Shown: piece after piece, positions 56,041-64,000 of the stretch | Layout: each line of letters opens with the position of its first letter | How positions within the stretch are numbered: position 1 is the stretch's first letter | NCBI GenBank assembly: GCA_964535675.1 | Contig: CAZHTD010000007.1 | Span: 5,701-69,700 of the forward strand | Source: an uncultured Bifidobacteriaceae bacterium | GTDB taxonomy: Bacteria > Acidobacteriota > Vicinamibacteria > Vicinamibacterales > UBA2999 | Direction: 5' to 3' | DNA length: 64,000 nt | Notes under the pieces: generated by a model | What the model saw: only the letters and a program-made list of their open reading frames with translations | Told to the model about the DNA's origin: nothing | Databases searched by the model: none | Program-made: the position numbers and the translations under genes

Positions 56041-56468
56041 GCCCGAGAAGCAGGCAGGAAGGCCTAGGCGGCTCTAGTCGCCACGGGGCGGCTTCGCGTA
56101 CGTGCGCCAGCCTTCAGACTCACACGCCACGGGCTAGTCGGCGCCGGCCTCGAGTTATGGGATGGCCGAGCCCCGGTGGCACGTCATGCACGAAACGGCG
56201 GGCACCTCGTCGGGGCCCTTACCGGTGGCCATGGCGGTCGGCTGGGCCCGCGACGATAGCACTGGTCAGCACCTGAGGTTGGTGGAGGTGTTCTGGGCCT
56301 GTGGGGAGGCGGTTGCCATGGCAATCGCGAACCCGCAGCACGGTAGCGGTAGGCCTCGTTCAAATCCACAGACGGCTGCTTGACGCTACTCCGGGTCCGC
56401 CGATAGCATGGGGCGTTGCCTGGGTGTCCGCGGGCAGGCCGGAGCCGTCACATCAGCGTAACATTCCA

Positions 56469-57632
56469 GTGAAAATCCACGAATATCAGGCCAAGTCTGT
56501 GCTCGCGCGCTTCGGCGTACCGGTGCCGCGCGGAGAGGTAGCGTTCTCGCCCTCGGAAGCCGGCGAGATCGCGCGGCGGCTCGGCGGCGAGATCAGCGTC
56601 GTCAAGGCGCAGATCCATGCGGGCGGGCGGGGCAAGAGCGGCGGCGTGAAGCTGGCTAAGTCGCCGGATGAGGCCGAGCAGCTCGGCAAGCAGATGATCG
56701 GCCTAACGCTGGTTACACATCAGACCGGACCCGAGGGCAGGAAGGTCGGCCGGGTGCTCATCGAGGAAGGGCTCGAGATCGCCCGCGAGCTCTACCTGAG
56801 TGTGGTGATTGACCGGGCGTCAGCCTGCCCAGTGATCATCGCCAGCGCGGCTGGCGGCATGGACATCGAGGAGGTGGCCGCATCCGCGCCGGAGAAGATC
56901 CTCCGTGAGAGAGTGAACCGGGGCACGGGCATCCTACCGTTCCAGGCGCGCAAGCTGGCGTTTCGGATGGGGCTCGACGCGGCGGTGGCCGGAAGGCTCG
57001 TCAAGGTATTGTCGTCGATCTATACGGCCTTCATCGAGACCGATGCGTCGATGGTCGAGATCAACCCGCTGGTCCTCACCACCGGCGGCGCCCTGCTGGC
57101 GCTCGATGCCAAGGTCAGCTTCGACGACAACGCGCTCTACCGCCACGCGGACCTGCGCGACCTGCGCGACCTCTCCGAGGAGGACCCCCTCGAAGTGGAG
57201 GCGTCGAAGTTTTCGCTGAACTATATCCGGCTCGACGGCAACATCGCGTGCATGGTCAACGGTGCCGGCCTCGCCATGGCGACGATGGACATCATCAAGC
57301 TGTCGGGCGGGGATCCGGCTAACTTCCTCGACGTGGGAGGAGGCGCCAACGCTGATCAGATTCGCAACGCCTTCAAAATCCTCACCTCCGACGCCAATGT
57401 CAAGGCCGTGCTGATCAACATCTTCGGTGGCATCCTGCGGTGCGACGTGCTGGCGCAGGGCGTGATTGCCGCTGTCACTGAACTCGGGGTGCCCTTGCCG
57501 ATCGTCATTCGCATGGAGGGTACAAACGTGGAGGAGGGCAAGCGGATACTGCGCGAGAGCGGCCTGAACTTCACGACGGCCGATTCGATAGGCGAGGCCG
57601 CCGAGCAGGTCGTCTTGTTGGCGGAGGCTTAG
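56469..57632 (+). CDS. sucC: succinyl-CoA synthetase beta subunit
   Basis: ORF 56301..57632 trimmed to GTG 56469: VKIHEYQAKSVLARFGVPVPRG...VVKAQIHAGGRGKSGGVK...EINPL...NGAGLAMATMD...NIFGGI. Confidence 0.9.
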   Translation: MKIHEYQAKSVLARFGVPVPRGEVAFSPSEAGEIARRLGGEISVVKAQIHAGGRGKSGGVKLAKSPDEAEQLGKQMIGLTLVTHQTGPEGRKVGRVLIEEGLEIARELYLSVVIDRASACPVIIASAAGGMDIEEVAASAPEKILRERVNRGTGILPFQARKLAFRMGLDAAVAGRLVKVLSSIYTAFIETDASMVEINPLVLTTGGALLALDAKVSFDDNALYRHADLRDLRDLSEEDPLEVEASKFSLNYIRLDGNIACMVNGAGLAMATMDIIKLSGGDPANFLDVGGGANADQIRNAFKILTSDANVKAVLINIFGGILRCDVLAQGVIAAVTELGVPLPIVIRMEGTNVEEGKRILRESGLNFTTADSIGEAAEQVVLLAEA

Positions 57633-57635
57633 GCA

Positions 57636-58508
57636 ATGGCGGTCCTGCTCGACGAGAACACCCGGCTGATCGTCCAGGGCCTGACGGGTCGTGAGGGCAC
57701 GTTCCATGCCAAACAGGCGGCCGCGTACGACACCAAGGTCGTCGGGGGTGTCACGCCAGGCAAGGGCGGTACGATCCACGAGGGCTGGCCAATCTTCAAC
57801 AGTGTCCATGACGCGATGGCGCAGACCGGTGCCAATGCGTCGGTCATCTTCGTGCCGCCGCCGTTTGCGGCCGACGCCATCATGGAGGCCACCGACGCGG
57901 GGCTCCCGCTCACCGTGTGCATCACCGAGGGCATCCCCACTATCGACATGCTGAAGGTGCTTACCTTCATGGATGGGAAGCCGACGCGCCTGATCGGCCC
58001 GAACTGTCCCGGCATCATCTCGGTGGGGAAGGCCAAGGCAGGGATCATTCCCGGCCACATCTGCCGCGAAGGCCGTGTCGGCATCGTGTCCAAGAGCGGC
58101 ACGCTGACCTACGAGGCCATCCACCAGCTTTCAGCGCTCGACATGGGGCAGACGACTTGCATTGGCATCGGCGGCGATCCGCTGATCGGTACCAGCTTCA
58201 TCGATGCGCTGCGGCTGTTCGACGCGGACCCGGAGACCGAGGCGGTCATCATGATCGGCGAGATCGGCGGCACGGCCGAGGAGGAGGCCGCCGAGTTCAT
58301 CAAAACCTCATTTTCCAAGCCGGTGGCCGGCTTCATCGCCGGGCAGACGGCGCCGCCAGGGCGCCGGATGGGGCATGCAGGCGCCATCATCGCCGGCGGC
58401 AAGGGTACTGCGGCGGAGAAGATGGCTGCGCTCAAGCGGGCCGGCGTGCGGGTGGCGAAGAGCCCAGCCGGCATGGGTACGGCACTCGTCGAGGTCATTG
58501 GGCGCTAA
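57636..58508 (+). CDS. sucD: succinyl-CoA synthetase alpha subunit
   Basis: ORF track: [12 protein letters not shown]...ITEGIP...GPNCPGII...SKSGTLTYE...GIGGDP...MGHAGAII. Confidence 0.95.
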   Translation: MAVLLDENTRLIVQGLTGREGTFHAKQAAAYDTKVVGGVTPGKGGTIHEGWPIFNSVHDAMAQTGANASVIFVPPPFAADAIMEATDAGLPLTVCITEGIPTIDMLKVLTFMDGKPTRLIGPNCPGIISVGKAKAGIIPGHICREGRVGIVSKSGTLTYEAIHQLSALDMGQTTCIGIGGDPLIGTSFIDALRLFDADPETEAVIMIGEIGGTAEEEAAEFIKTSFSKPVAGFIAGQTAPPGRRMGHAGAIIAGGKGTAAEKMAALKRAGVRVAKSPAGMGTALVEVIGR

Positions 58509-58532
58509 GCCTAGGACGGAGAGGCAGTAGTT

Positions 58533-58946
58533 GTGGAACGGACGTTCGGCATCATTAAGCCCGACGTGGTCGGGCGCGGGCTGACGGGGCAGATCCTCGC
58601 CCGAATCGAGGAGGCGGGCTTCGCGGTGCGGGCCATGCGGTTGCAGCACCTGACCAAGCGGGAGGCCGAGGGCTTCTACGCGGTGCACTGCGAACGCCCC
58701 TTTTTCGGCGAGCTCACCGATTTCATATCGTCGGGCCCCTGCGTGTTGCTGGCGCTTGAGGCCCCCGACGCGATCGCGCGGTGGCGAGGGCTGATGGGGG
58801 CCACCGACCCAACCAAGGCGGAGGAAGGCACCCTCCGCAAGGCATTCGGGACCTCGATTGGCAACAATGCTGTCCACGGGTCAGATGCCCCGGACACGGC
58901 CGCCTTCGAGTTGGGCTACTTCTTCCGGGGGCTGGAGCTGCTCTAG
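58533..58946 (+). CDS. ndk: nucleoside-diphosphate kinase
   Basis: ORF track: ERTFGIIKPD...FYAVHCERPFFGEL..F..SGP...GATDP..A..GT+R...NAVHGSD. Confidence 0.9.
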   Translation: MERTFGIIKPDVVGRGLTGQILARIEEAGFAVRAMRLQHLTKREAEGFYAVHCERPFFGELTDFISSGPCVLLALEAPDAIARWRGLMGATDPTKAEEGTLRKAFGTSIGNNAVHGSDAPDTAAFELGYFFRGLELL

Positions 58947-58964
58947 GGCGAGCAGGAGAGCGCG

Positions 58965-59159
58965 CTGGGACGGTCACTCATCGTCATTGGACTCGTTATC
59001 GCCGCGGTAGGCGTACTTGTGTCGATCGGCATGCCCCTCGGACGGCTACCCGGCGATGTGACTATCCGGCGCGGTAACTTCACGTTCTACTTTCCGCTGG
59101 TGAGCTCGCTGCTGGCCAGCGTGGTACTGACGCTCCTGTTGATGTTCCTGAGGCGTTAG
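58965..59159 (+). CDS. DUF2905-like small membrane protein, probably initiating at CTG
   Basis: Not in the ORF track. My translation is [64 protein letters not shown] (64 codons, TAG 59157-59159). AGGAGA at 58954-58959 lies 5 nt before CTG 58965. The first canonical start (GTG) would delete the first TM segment. Confidence 0.55.
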   Translation: MGRSLIVIGLVIAAVGVLVSIGMPLGRLPGDVTIRRGNFTFYFPLVSSLLASVVLTLLLMFLRR

Positions 59160-59166
59160 ACTCGCG

Positions 59167-59724
59167 ATGGCTTCGATCAAGGCCGACCGGTGGATTCGGA
59201 AGATGGCGCTCGAGCATCGCATGATCGAGCCCTTCGAGGGCCGGCAGGTGCGGGATGGTGTGGTCTCGTACGGCCTGTCGTCCTACGGCTACGACCTTCG
59301 CGTGGCCGACGAGTTCAAGGTTTTCACCAACCTCAACAGCACAGTCGTCGATCCAAAGCGGTTCGACGCGCGCTCGTTCGTCGACGTGCGGGCCGAGGTT
59401 TGCATCATCCCGCCCAACTCGTTCGCGTTGGCGAAGACCGTCGAGTACTTCCGGATCCCGCGCGACGTCCTGACGGTGTGCGTGGGCAAGTCGACCTACG
59501 CCCGGTGCGGCCTGATCGTCAACGTCACGCCGTTCGAGCCCGAGTGGGAGGGCTACGTGACGCTGGAGATCTCCAACACCACGCCGTTGCCGGCCCGCGT
59601 CTACTCGAACGAAGGCATCGCCCAAGTGCTCTTTTTCCAGGGCGACGAGCCCTGCGAGGTTTCCTACGCCGACAAGGCCGGCAAGTACCAGAAGCAAGCA
59701 GGCCTGACGCTCCCCAAGCCCTAG
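59167..59724 (+). CDS. dcd: dCTP deaminase
   Basis: ORF track: IEPF...[11 protein letters not shown]...[18 protein letters not shown]...[31 protein letters not shown]. Confidence 0.9.
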   Translation: MASIKADRWIRKMALEHRMIEPFEGRQVRDGVVSYGLSSYGYDLRVADEFKVFTNLNSTVVDPKRFDARSFVDVRAEVCIIPPNSFALAKTVEYFRIPRDVLTVCVGKSTYARCGLIVNVTPFEPEWEGYVTLEISNTTPLPARVYSNEGIAQVLFFQGDEPCEVSYADKAGKYQKQAGLTLPKP

Positions 59725-60001
59725 GCGGCCCCCTTCGAGTTGGTGGTGCGGCGCACGGGCTCAGCGCCGGAGCCGGCCACGATCCTGCGGGTCAGGAGCG
59801 CCTCGTGCCGCGCCCCGTCGAGCAGCGCCCGTACGAGTGTGTGGGGTGTCGGCGAGCGGGGCCAGGACACCAGGATGTCCCCGAGCCCCTTTTTGCCTGT
59901 GCCGTTGCCTACGTGGCCAGGCGATCTGGGTCGAACGGGGCGTCGAGGGACAGGCACTTGGGCTCCCACTCGTCGAAGTGCCACCGGAGCGCTAGCCACT
60001 G

Positions 60002-60420
60002 TTAGAGCCGGATCGTTTGCATGAACTCCATAGAATGAGTTGCGAGAAATACGGCGACTCACGCTGTTTGTTGGATCGCCAGCGCGAGGCCGTGGGTCGG
60101 TAGCCGTTCCTGCTCGTCGAGAACCAGGAGGGGGTGCGGCCGGTGCAGCACTATGCGGCTGCAGAAGCTTCGATGGGCTGGCCTCGGTCGAGGCGCACAC
60201 TTTCCACTGCAGTATCCTGCCGATGCTCTGGGGCTGCGCATGAGTGTCGGCCTCGGCGGCGGCCTCCAGCATCGTGCGCTTGCGTCGGGTGTCGCCGACC
60301 AGGGCCTGATACAACCCCCCCCCCCCCGCGCCAGCACACGCGCGACCACACCGGGAGCCCCCGCGGCCCACAGCAGGAAAGAGACACGCGGCTTGAACGT
60401 TACTTCTTCGGCAGGCTGTT
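60002..60420 (-). pseudogene. decayed ABC-transporter ATPase-like gene fragment
   Basis: The minus strand reads ...SRIVLHRPHPLLVLDEQERLPTHGLALAIQQTA-TGA-VAVFLATHSMEFMQTIRL-TAA, which is Walker-B-like LLVLDE and H-loop-like ATH interrupted by a stop. Upstream sense lies in other frames (LYQALVGDTRRKRTMLEAAAE) and crosses the G13 run. Low-information call. Confidence 0.35.
60315..60327. repeat. homopolymeric tract C13 (G13 on the minus strand)
   Basis: Read directly from the sequence: acaaCCCCCCCCCCCCCgcg. It is the longest homopolymer I noticed in the window, about 150 nt upstream of the SET-gene promoter. Confidence 0.9.
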
Positions 60421-60475
60421 AAGCACCGAGCGCCGAGTGACTCATGGTCTATTGTGCGTGAACCGGTGATCGCTT

Positions 60476-60484
60476 TGGTATTCT
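60476..60484 (+). promoter_or_regulatory. extended -10 promoter TGgTATTCT, 7 nt upstream of GTG 60492
   Basis: cgctttGgTATTCTgtagcgcGTG. The TG lies at 60476-60477 and the hexamer at 60479-60484. I see no convincing -35. Confidence 0.4.
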
Positions 60485-60491
60485 GTAGCGC

Positions 60492-60908
60492 GTGGCGAGG
60501 GAACTCTACTTTCCGAAGATCGTCCGGAAGCGCTCGAAACTCCACGGCTGGGGCGTTTTCGTCAGGGAACCGATCAACAAGAACAAGTACATCATCGATT
60601 ACACGGGCGAACTGATCGATCACAAGGAAAGTTATAGACGCGAGACGAAGTACCTGAAGCGGGGCGAGATCTGGTGCTTCACGGTCAATCGGCGCTGGGT
60701 GCGTGACGCCCACGTAGGCGGCAACCTCGCGCGCTTCATCAACCATTCCTGTAAGCCCAACTGCTACAGTCGAATCATCGGGCGGACGATCTGGATCTGC
60801 GCGAGCCGGCACATCGAGCCGGGTGAGGAACTGACCTACGACTACTACACCGACGGGGATCGCATCATCCCGTGCCGCTGCCGGCCGGGGTGCAAGCGAA
60901 TGCTGTAG
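60492..60908 (+). CDS. SET-domain protein-lysine methyltransferase-like protein with a post-SET Cys motif
   Basis: ORF track, 138 aa: LHGWGVFVREPINKNKYIIDYTGELI...GNLARFINHSCKPNC...IEPGEELTYDYY...IPCRCRPGCKRML (GxG, NHSC, ELTYDY and CxCx4C motifs). Codons are visibly more A/T-rich than in neighbouring genes. Confidence 0.85.
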   Translation: MARELYFPKIVRKRSKLHGWGVFVREPINKNKYIIDYTGELIDHKESYRRETKYLKRGEIWCFTVNRRWVRDAHVGGNLARFINHSCKPNCYSRIIGRTIWICASRHIEPGEELTYDYYTDGDRIIPCRCRPGCKRML

Positions 60909-60927
60909 CCGGGGCCTCCTGGCCACC

Positions 60928-62406
60928 TTGTGCCGTGCGCTGACCGCGGCGGTGGCGGTGGTGGCTTTTGTTCCCGCGCAGACGGACGCGCAGGCGTTCA
61001 TCTCTGAAGGCGACCTGGTCCGTGCGAGCGAAGGCCGGACGGTGCAGGTGGGCTCGCCCGCAACGGGACGGACTCAGAGCCTGCCGCTCGAGGTTTACGT
61101 CGCGCGCGTGCTGGCCGGGGAGGGCGAGGCAAACGCGGCGATGGCTGCGCGGCAGGCGCTGGCAGTGGCCATCCGCACCTTCGCGGCTGCCAACGTGGCC
61201 CGGCATGCCGATGAGGGCTTTGAGCTCTGCGACGAGACGCACTGTCAGGTGCTAGGCGAGTCGACACCGGATTCTCGCGAGGCCGCGCTGGCGACTGCGG
61301 GTGTGGTGTTGCTCCACGATGGGGTGCCGGCCGAACTGTTCTATTCGGCCTCGTGCGGTGGGCGCACCGAGCGAGCGGCCGACGTCTGGGGCGTGGATTT
61401 CCCGTACCTGCAGTCCAGGATCGACGACGTACACGCGGACGATGAGCCGTGGACAGCCGAAATCTCGCTGAACGAGATCCAGCGCGGCCTTCGCCAGGCA
61501 GGCTTCGTGGGCGTCAGGCTACGCGGTGTGCGCGTGGTGGCGCGCAGCGTCTCTGGGCGCGTCAACCGGCTGGCCGTAGACGGCATGCGCCCGGCCGTGG
61601 TCTCGGGCGACGACTTTCGGCTGGCGGTTGGGCCGACAGTGGTGCGCAGCACCGCGTTCGAGGTAGTGAGCGGACGCGACCCGGTCCGTTTCACCGGGCA
61701 GGGCTACGGCCACGGCGTGGGGATGTGCGTCATCGGCGCCGGTCGGCGTGCCGCGCGCGGTGAAACCTACGAGGAGATCCTCGAGCAGTACTACCCGGGT
61801 CTGGTCTTAGCGCGGCATGGTGCACTGCCGATGGTGCCCGAGGCGACCGTCGCCGTGTCGGCGCCTGGGCCGGTGGTGGCGCACGTGGCGGCCCGTGGTG
61901 GGATCGACGCGGCTGAGCTTGAGGCGATGGCCGCCTTGGCGCAGGCGCGGCTCGGTGACCTGCTCGGGGTGTCGACCGGCGCGGCTGGCGGGCTCACAAT
62001 CGAGCTGCACGAGTCACTCGACAGGTTTTGGCTGGCCACCGGCCAGCCATGGTGGACGGGTGCGGTTTCCCGCGGCGCGATCATCCATCTAGCCCCGGCG
62101 GCGGCGCTTACCGAGCGGGGCGGGCTGGAGATGACAGTGCGCGTGGCGGTGGCGGCCCTGCTCCTCTCTGGCGCCGTCGCCGATCGTCCGGTGTGGATTC
62201 GCGCGGGGGCTGCCCGGCATTTCGCGCGTATGTCGCTCGGACTGCCACGAGTGACGGTGGCCGGGAGCGCGAATGATTGTCCCGCCGACGCTGAGCTCAC
62301 GCTAGCTGTTTCGCCAGCTGCCCTGCGGAGCGCTGAGGCGCGGGCCGAGGCCTGCTTCGTGAATGCTTTGGCCCGCACGAATGGTGACTGGCGCCAAGTC
62401 CGCTGA
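60928..62406 (+). CDS. SpoIID/LytB-domain protein with a C-terminal extension of about 200 aa
   Basis: ORF track (TTG start, signal peptide MCRALTAAVAVVAFVPAQTDAQA): LEVYVARVLAGEGEANAAMAARQALAVAIRTFA...LCDETHCQV...FYSASCGGRTE...GQGYGHGVGMCVIGA. It lies 19 nt after the SET gene. Confidence 0.8.
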   Translation: MCRALTAAVAVVAFVPAQTDAQAFISEGDLVRASEGRTVQVGSPATGRTQSLPLEVYVARVLAGEGEANAAMAARQALAVAIRTFAAANVARHADEGFELCDETHCQVLGESTPDSREAALATAGVVLLHDGVPAELFYSASCGGRTERAADVWGVDFPYLQSRIDDVHADDEPWTAEISLNEIQRGLRQAGFVGVRLRGVRVVARSVSGRVNRLAVDGMRPAVVSGDDFRLAVGPTVVRSTAFEVVSGRDPVRFTGQGYGHGVGMCVIGAGRRAARGETYEEILEQYYPGLVLARHGALPMVPEATVAVSAPGPVVAHVAARGGIDAAELEAMAALAQARLGDLLGVSTGAAGGLTIELHESLDRFWLATGQPWWTGAVSRGAIIHLAPAAALTERGGLEMTVRVAVAALLLSGAVADRPVWIRAGAARHFARMSLGLPRVTVAGSANDCPADAELTLAVSPAALRSAEARAEACFVNALARTNGDWRQVR

Positions 62407-62450
62407 TCCACTGGAAACAGCGCGGGGGATTCAGCCCTCGCGTCACGTCG

Positions 62451-63122
62451 TCAGCCGTACCAGCGCGCGAGGAGTGCCGGCGATACCCCTAGGCCGTACA
62501 ATGTGAGCAAGGCTAGGTTGTGGGTGCTGCGGCGCAGCCAGCCGTCGCGTTCCCACCGCCGAGCCGACGTGACGAGTGGCAATGGCGCCTCGAACACGGG
62601 GCTGTCTCTGACGAGCCGGCGCATGAACGCGACGTCCTCCATGAGCGGCAGGTTCCCAAACCCGCCGAGCCGCGCGAATACCTCGCGTCTGACGAAGAGC
62701 CCCTGATCACCGTACGCGAGCCGGAAGACACGGACGCGCCATGCCACCAGCTGCTCTAGCAGGCGCGCCTGCCACGCCGGTGAGTCGAGGGCGAAACGAA
62801 ACCAGCCGCCACCGGCAACGGCTGGTGCCGTGGCGAACACGCCCCGCCAGCCGGAGGGAAGGCGCGAGTCGGCGTGGACGAACCACAGCCAAGCGCCGGT
62901 GGCGGCGGCGGCGCCCGCGTCCAGCTGTGCGCCACGGCCGCGAGGGGCGCGTACTACGCGCACGGCGGGGTGGTGTGTGGCGAGGGCCTTGACGGCCGGG
63001 TCTGGACCACCGTCGGCGATGACCAACTCAACCGTAGGGTCGTCGGGCAACTGGCCCACCAGATCGGATGCGGCTTGGCGGTCGTCGAGTACAGGCACGA
63101 TGAGGGAGATCGTGATGGGCAC
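62451..63122 (-). CDS. family-2 glycosyltransferase-like protein
   Basis: ORF track (GTG start): ISLIVPVLDD...ELVIADGGPD...RGRGAQLDAGA...WLWFVHADSRLP...YGDQGLFVRREVF..LGGF..LPLMEDV. Confidence 0.75.
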   Translation of the reverse strand: MPITISLIVPVLDDRQAASDLVGQLPDDPTVELVIADGGPDPAVKALATHHPAVRVVRAPRGRGAQLDAGAAAATGAWLWFVHADSRLPSGWRGVFATAPAVAGGGWFRFALDSPAWQARLLEQLVAWRVRVFRLAYGDQGLFVRREVFARLGGFGNLPLMEDVAFMRRLVRDSPVFEAPLPLVTSARRWERDGWLRRSTHNLALLTLYGLGVSPALLARWYG

Positions 63123-63160
63123 GGCGGCAGGAATCTACAGTAGCATGCGCGCCTATCACC

Positions 63161-63166
63161 TATAAT
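63161..63166 (+). promoter_or_regulatory. perfect TATAAT box, 8 nt upstream of ATG 63175
   Basis: caccTATAATacggggcgATG. Confidence 0.4.
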
Positions 63167-63174
63167 ACGGGGCG

Positions 63175-64000
<826 letters not shown>

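Noticed and set aside
56266-56268. The in-frame TGA after Cys in the cytochrome-like relic, read as a selenocysteine codon.
   Set aside because: No convincing SECIS-like hairpin follows immediately downstream. The ORF lacks a start codon, and several other genes in the window are plainly decayed, so a nonsense lesion is the simpler reading.

Overview
This is a high-G+C chromosomal segment with strong G/C third-position bias (judged by eye, not computed). It comes from a diderm bacterium, since it carries Kdo/LPS genes, LapB, LolA, a secretin and a TonB-dependent receptor with a carboxypeptidase-regulatory-like N-terminus. The gene style resembles Acidobacteriota or Gemmatimonadota, but taxonomy cannot be assigned from the sequence alone. 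I support about 60 protein genes, one tRNA-Ala(CGC), one decayed IS3-family element, and no rRNA or CRISPR.

Most of the window is housekeeping, packed into operons with many 4-nt ATGA/GTGA start-stop overlaps:
- pgpA-cinA-plsY-gpsA
- ftsY-ribD-ribE-ribBA
- ffh and rpsP-(KH)-rimM-trmD-rplS-rnhB
- a murein recycling/synthesis operon, nagZ-ldcA-mpl-pxpBC-murB-murA
- frr-pyrH-tsf-rpsB and rpsI-rplM
- accB-accC
- folD-coaE
- lapB-kdsD-kdsA-pyrG-kdsB
- serA and mdh-sucC-sucD-ndk-dcd

There are two accessory-looking patches:
- 28.0-33.6 kb: an IS3 remnant, a TonB-dependent receptor and an unassigned spacer of lower G+C, ending at tRNA-Ala. A 9-nt copy of the tRNA 3' end sits at the far side.
- 59.7-62.4 kb: decayed ORF fragments, a C13 homopolymer, a lower-G+C SET-domain methyltransferase gene and a SpoIID-like gene.

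I found no clear-cut novel multi-gene system. The best candidates for follow-up are:
- a GHMP sugar-kinase-like gene sharing a 20-bp palindromic control region (ATTATAAT) with the murein-recycling operon
- a recurring leaderless-type promoter architecture (-10 box 6-8 nt from the start codon)
- a lolA plus lipoprotein TPR-secretin pair with no other secretion or pilus genes nearby
- the SET-domain locus with its poly-C tract
- a striking number of small genes whose reading frame appears broken while all large genes are intact

All functional calls rest on my own recognition of motifs in the supplied translations. No database search was run.
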